DNA of 32,000 nucleotides from Comamonadaceae bacterium (GTDB taxonomy: Bacteria > Pseudomonadota > Gammaproteobacteria > Burkholderiales > Burkholderiaceae_C), in NCBI GenBank assembly GCA_027485285.1, contig JAIXRH010000075.1, forward strand, positions 70,399 to 102,398, in the 5' to 3' direction. The notes under the pieces were generated by a model. That model did not search any database, was not told the origin of the DNA, and saw only the letters and a list, made by a program, of their open reading frames with translations. A program made the position numbers and the translations under genes. Positions within the stretch are counted from its first letter, which is position 1. Each line of letters begins with the position of its first letter. Below, piece by piece: positions 28,560-32,000 of the stretch.

Positions 28560-28920
28560 TCAATAAAGCTACACAGCTTTAATTGGCGAAGCTTTATCAA
28601 AATTCAAGTAAACAGCTAAAGCTAACACTCAAACAGTCAAATATTAAACAGAAAGCAAGAGTAGTTGAGTAGTACAGAGCTACAGAGCAAACAGCTAAAG
28701 CAAAGCAGACGCATTAAAACAAGCTACAAATGCTTAAAACAAGTTGAGCTAAGCTTGGGTAGCTGGACAAGCTAAAAACAGCGTGTAGGGCTTGTACGCA
28801 AGTCTAAGCTTGTGTGGGAAAAGAGCAACAAGCAAAACCCAAGTTAAAACCAAAGAGAATTACTAAAAGCTTTGTTTTTCAGGTTAAATAAGCATAACCT
28901 TTTGAAAACATTGAGGAATT
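28560..28920. repeat. A-rich, T-poor noncoding tract dense in AGCT/AAGCTT motifs, containing a degenerate ~79-bp direct repeat.
   Basis: By eye I count 14 AGCT between 28568 and 28871, including 4 AAGCTT. AAACAGCTAAAGC occurs at 28610-28622 and 28689-28701, with GTTGAG 54 nt after each copy. A hairpin forms from AGGTTA (28881-28886) and TAACCT (28895-28900). No ORF of 30 codons or more exists on either strand. Confidence 0.5.
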
Positions 28921-29014
28921 TACTTTGGAACAAACAACGTCAAAATCGGTAGGAATTAAGAAACAAAGAAAATACACTTTAGACATTGGAAAGCTTACAT
29001 TAAGGAGAGCACTA

Positions 29015-29590
29015 ATGTCCAAACAAGCAAAAGTACTTACAGCACAAGAAATCCGTAGGGTGCTTGATTACGTAGCAACACGCCCACACGCAGAGCGTAA
29101 TAGGGCGATGTTTTTGACAATGCTATACGCAATGCTTCGTGTCAAAGAATGTGCCGCACTACGCTACGAAGATGTACTGGACGCAGAGGGTAAGATTAAA
29201 ACTGAGTTTTATTTGTCCGCAGAGCAAACCAAAGGGCGTAAGGGAGGTACTGTATTTGTCAGCGAAAAGCTCCGCAAAGAGCTACAAGCTTACGTTCGAG
29301 CTGTTCCACCTAAGTCGCTCAGTGACAAGCTGTTCTATTCACAGAAGCGTCCAAGTGAAGGTTGGAACAGCAACACCTTGTGTCAATACTTCCACCATTT
29401 ATTCCGCAACTGCGGCATAGCTGGTGGCAGTAGTCATAGCCCAAGACGCACTGGCATTACCAATTTGGCAGACAAAGGTGTCAGCGTTAGGGTGCTACAA
29501 AGCATCTGTAGGCACGCGAATATCAGTACAACGCAAGCTTACATTGATGTAAATGACGCAATGAAACGCAAGGCGATTGAGTTGGTTTAG
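29015..29590 (+). CDS. Small (191 aa) tyrosine recombinase with catalytic domain only, FimB/FimE-sized.
   Basis: All catalytic landmarks are present: AMLRVKE (Arg I), TKGRKGG (Lys), SHSPRRTGIT (His-x-x-Arg), CRHANISTT (His) and QAYIDV (Tyr). The ATG at 29015 has AAGGAG at 29002-29007. The track's TTG start at 28925 is less likely. Confidence 0.85.
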   Translation: MSKQAKVLTAQEIRRVLDYVATRPHAERNRAMFLTMLYAMLRVKECAALRYEDVLDAEGKIKTEFYLSAEQTKGRKGGTVFVSEKLRKELQAYVRAVPPKSLSDKLFYSQKRPSEGWNSNTLCQYFHHLFRNCGIAGGSSHSPRRTGITNLADKGVSVRVLQSICRHANISTTQAYIDVNDAMKRKAIELV

Positions 29591-30402
29591 GGCTTAGCTT
29601 TAGATGTTGCCCATCTTGCCGCCAACTGCCTTCCTTTTGTATGTAGTTGGGGTGTTGCTGACACCAAGCCAAAGTGGAGCAACAATGCTAAGTCAAGCAC
29701 TCGTCGTTGCCACCACCCACCTTTATTAGCTTCAGTCCAAATTTCTTTAGCTAATGTAGTTGGTTCAGGCATCTTTAAGTTCTTCAATAAGACTTGGTTG
29801 ACATTAAGTCCGTCAAATAGATACTTGTTAAAGATTGGTATAGCGGCTTGCGGTCTTGACTGAAAACGCATTTTCTTAGCTAAACCATTTGAAAAATTAA
29901 AAACCATCATATCTGGCATAGCAAAGAACAAAATACGACAAGCTAAAGGGACACGATGATTTCCATTTAAGGAGGCACTTGTGTTGTTAACAAACTTTAC
30001 GCTCCAATCAAGTATTGCTTGTGTAGCGTAGTCATAGTTATTGGCAAGCTTAAGTCTTTTCTTTTTCCAGCCACTATAAACAGCAAGTGCCGTAGCTCTG
30101 TAAGCGGAGATAGCTCCTTGAAAATCTGTTGCTTGGGTAGAGCGGAATAAAGCCTTAAGGTGAGCTACACGTATAAGTTCACGCATATCAAGCTCTGTTA
30201 GTGTTTGCCTTGTTCGTGTACTCTTGTACATTGCGAAGGTTGGTGTGGCAAACATTACCAACAAGTCTTCATCACTTACATCGCACTCTTTACCTGTTTG
30301 GTAATCAAAGCCATTCCATAAGTCAATAGCACAGACTTCCGCAAGTGCTAATTCGTTAGCACTGAATTTAGGAACTGGTATGTGACTAAAGGCTTTTGGC
30401 AT
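29587..30402 (-). CDS. Hypothetical protein (271 aa); no domain recognised.
   Basis: This clean ORF starts 5 nt downstream of the H-NS-like gene, so the two are likely co-transcribed. Its stop overlaps the stop of the convergent recombinase gene (plus-strand TTAG at 29587-29590). I recognised no motifs. Confidence 0.65.
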   Translation of the reverse strand: MPKAFSHIPVPKFSANELALAEVCAIDLWNGFDYQTGKECDVSDEDLLVMFATPTFAMYKSTRTRQTLTELDMRELIRVAHLKALFRSTQATDFQGAISAYRATALAVYSGWKKKRLKLANNYDYATQAILDWSVKFVNNTSASLNGNHRVPLACRILFFAMPDMMVFNFSNGLAKKMRFQSRPQAAIPIFNKYLFDGLNVNQVLLKNLKMPEPTTLAKEIWTEANKGGWWQRRVLDLALLLHFGLVSATPQLHTKGRQLAARWATSKAKP

Positions 30403-30407
30403 ACCAA

Positions 30408-30620
30408 TTACTTCGCTTTCTTCGTAGCTACCTTCTTAGCCGCTGTACCACGCTTCTTACGTGTCGCAAGTACCCCCTTAAAGTCTGTAGTTTTGAAACC
30501 GTAAAGTTTTATATCGGCTTTCATCTTAGCCAATACGTTCGCACGTTCCTTCATCATTGCGTCTTCACGCTCAGCTTCAAGTTTGGCAATTTGTGCGTTG
30601 ATTTCGTCTACACGAGTCAT
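30408..30620 (-). CDS. Truncated H-NS-like protein (70 aa): coiled-coil oligomerisation part plus a Lys-rich tail, with no canonical C-terminal DNA-binding domain.
   Basis: MTRVDEINAQIAKLEAEREDAMMKERANVLAKMKADIKLYGFKTTDF resembles the N-terminal half of proteobacterial H-NS/Bph3-type proteins. It ends in RKKRGTAAKKVATKKAK. A strong SD (AGGAGA) lies upstream. Confidence 0.55.
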   Translation of the reverse strand: MTRVDEINAQIAKLEAEREDAMMKERANVLAKMKADIKLYGFKTTDFKGVLATRKKRGTAAKKVATKKAK

Positions 30621-30641
30621 GACATTCTCCTAAAAAAACCG

Positions 30642-30670
30642 ATGATACAAAAAAAATCAACTGTTGCCAA
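30642..30670 (-). promoter_or_regulatory. Candidate sigma70 promoter for the H-NS-like/271-aa operon.
   Basis: On the minus strand: TTGGCA (30670-30665), a 17-nt spacer, then TATCAT (30647-30642), about 20 nt upstream of the SD. It lies in the 98-bp divergent region shared with the restriction gene. Confidence 0.3.
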
Positions 30671-30718
30671 CAATCAAAACTTGATAAGATCTAAGCACTA
30701 ACATTGCTAGGAATTTTT

Positions 30719-31786
30719 ATGGATGCTCCAAGCTTATATGGAATTGCTCAGTCAAATCGCTCTGGCGACGATTTGTGGGGGAAAAATCAGTTCAATAGCA
30801 CTTTCCCAGCTTCACTTTGTTGCTACATGCGTGACAAGAATATTAACCCAGTCTACATATCAACTGACTCAAGTTTTGTTGCTAAGACAAACGATACAGC
30901 TATTACATTCGATGATGTTTTTAATTCAAAATTAAAAAACAATGAAATCAACTTTTTGTTTGAGAGTAATTTTCAACCATACGCTGAATATCTTCATGAC
31001 ACTTTAGATCATACAGATTTGGTAACTAATTTTAATGGCGTTGATTTACGCCCGCTAGAGGTCAAGCTAACAGTAATTCCAGATAGTACAACGTGTGAGT
31101 TAGCGGACGAAAGTATGTGGGGAAGTGAATTGGTAATTAGACCAGATTCTATTTCTTATGCTTGCTTAGGAATCTACAAAAATTTATTTAAGCACTCAAA
31201 TGATATTAGAAAACTGATTGAACCAACGACAATTAAGATTGAAAGTTGGGAGAATACGAGAGATATATTAAATCATTCAGATGAAATTATTGAGACATTG
31301 ATTAAATTTTTTAAGAAATACTCAGAATTCCAAATTCCATTTTTAATTCAACCAATTTGGAAAACCAAAGGCAAGAGTCCAGAGCTTGACGATAACGCTT
31401 TTGATGTCTTTGTATGGAGTGATTTTGCTTTGCTTAAGTTGGCAATTGATCAAGAAATCTCTGTGGCAAATAGGACAAAAGTATCTAGATACTTAAGGTC
31501 TTCTGCTAGAACAATACGTGCGTTAAGTGATTTGTTTGTTACCAATAAAATCCATGTTAATAGGATTTTTAGGCAAATGGCATTAGGAAATCAGACGGAT
31601 AAAGAATTTGCTTTGAGTGGACGAATAACTAGGAATTATATGGAACATCCTAGGCTAACTAAGCCGATTCTTAAGAAAGAAACTCTTAGAGAAATAATTC
31701 TCAACGGAGGAGAAAAAAAGTTGAGTCCTGAGCGTAGATTTGATGCTACAATTTACTTTACGGCAAGTCATCTATTTGAGAGCTAA
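30719..31786 (+). CDS. Putative type II restriction endonuclease (PD-(D/E)xK).
   Basis: The nuclease-like motif is HTDLVTNFNGVDLRPLEVKLT (D ... E-x-K). The gene ends 1 nt before a C5-methyltransferase gene, and this is the lowest-GC segment. The ATG at 30719 is preceded by AGGA; the track's TTG at 30704 is less likely. Specificity is unknown. Confidence 0.6.
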   Translation: MDAPSLYGIAQSNRSGDDLWGKNQFNSTFPASLCCYMRDKNINPVYISTDSSFVAKTNDTAITFDDVFNSKLKNNEINFLFESNFQPYAEYLHDTLDHTDLVTNFNGVDLRPLEVKLTVIPDSTTCELADESMWGSELVIRPDSISYACLGIYKNLFKHSNDIRKLIEPTTIKIESWENTRDILNHSDEIIETLIKFFKKYSEFQIPFLIQPIWKTKGKSPELDDNAFDVFVWSDFALLKLAIDQEISVANRTKVSRYLRSSARTIRALSDLFVTNKIHVNRIFRQMALGNQTDKEFALSGRITRNYMEHPRLTKPILKKETLREIILNGGEKKLSPERRFDATIYFTASHLFES

Positions 31787-31787
31787 A

Positions 31788-32000
31788 ATGAACCAAGTTT
31801 TTAAGATTGCAGACCTTTTTTGTGGAGTCGGAGGTCTCAGCTTAGGTTTTCAAAAAGCAGGGTTAAACATCAATTTAGCCATAGATAATTGGACTGAAGC
31901 GATTGAAGTTTATAACAAAAATTTCGATCATCAATGTATTAACTACGATTTGTCTAAGATTAGTGAAGTTTCAAATTTATTGAAATCTTCCGGTACTAAT
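31788..32000 (+). CDS. DNA (cytosine-5)-methyltransferase; N-terminal 71 codons only, continuing beyond the window.
   Basis: MNQVFKIADLFCGVGGLSLGFQKAGLNINLAIDNW contains the canonical motif I (DLFxGxGG) of m5C methyltransferases. Confidence 0.9.
   Translation, partial: MNQVFKIADLFCGVGGLSLGFQKAGLNINLAIDNWTEAIEVYNKNFDHQCINYDLSKISEVSNLLKSSGTN

Larger units (their letters stand above)
25290..32000. mobile_element. Low-GC integrated genomic island, probably composite, inserted immediately downstream of or into the 3' end of guaA. The right end is beyond the window.
   Basis: The composition breaks abruptly right at the guaA stop. A tyrosine integrase gene lies 160 bp from the junction. A second recombinase, a Rep-like gene, an H-NS-like gene and an R-M system follow, with no housekeeping genes. 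Confidence 0.75.

Noticed and set aside
28549-28661. A 9-bp inverted repeat, CTCTTGCTT (28549-28557) / AAGCAAGAG (28653-28661), as boundaries of a fimS-like invertible switch for the small recombinase.
   Set aside because: A single 9-bp inverted repeat in about 490 bp is roughly what chance predicts. The left arm lies just downstream of the Rep-like gene, no promoter is evident inside, and there is no supporting evidence.
28600-28760. The repeat tract as a type III toxin-antitoxin RNA array or a retron msr/msd.
   Set aside because: The repeats are degenerate and are not tandem identical units. There is no adjacent ToxN/AbiQ-like or reverse-transcriptase gene in the window.

Overview
This looks like a moderately high-GC proteobacterial chromosome, probably a betaproteobacterium or Burkholderiales-like organism judging by gene content and order. 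That taxonomic call is my inference.

Positions 1-25289 are core genome:
- A sucrose-utilisation locus of the Xanthomonas sux type: a TonB-dependent receptor, amylosucrase, a sucrose-type MFS permease and a LacI-family regulator. A complete tonB-exbB-exbD-exbD-TPR cluster sits inside it, and two LacI-type palindromic operators lie in the divergent control region.
- murI, a YgiQ radical-SAM gene, and the smpB / ratA / rnfH housekeeping cluster.
- A conserved hypothetical gene.
- A czcCBA-type heavy-metal RND efflux operon ending in a P-II-like gene.
- guaB and guaA.

Immediately after the guaA stop codon (25289) the composition drops sharply. Spot counts of single 60-nt lines give about 53-60% GC before the stop, about 28-42% after it, and about 33% near the right end.

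The rest of the window is an integrated, probably composite, genomic island. It carries:
- a large atypical tyrosine integrase
- a two-gene operon of unknown function
- a small protein with all three HUH rolling-circle Rep motifs
- a 490-bp A-rich, AGCT/AAGCTT-dense noncoding region
- a FimB/E-sized catalytic-domain-only tyrosine recombinase
- an operon of a truncated H-NS-like protein plus a 271-aa unknown protein
- a type II restriction-modification pair (PD-ExK nuclease plus C5-cytosine methyltransferase) that runs off the window

I saw no rRNA, tRNA, tmRNA or CRISPR array. The best candidates for something undescribed are in the island, at 26.8-30.7 kb. All functional calls come from reading the translations by eye; no database search was possible.
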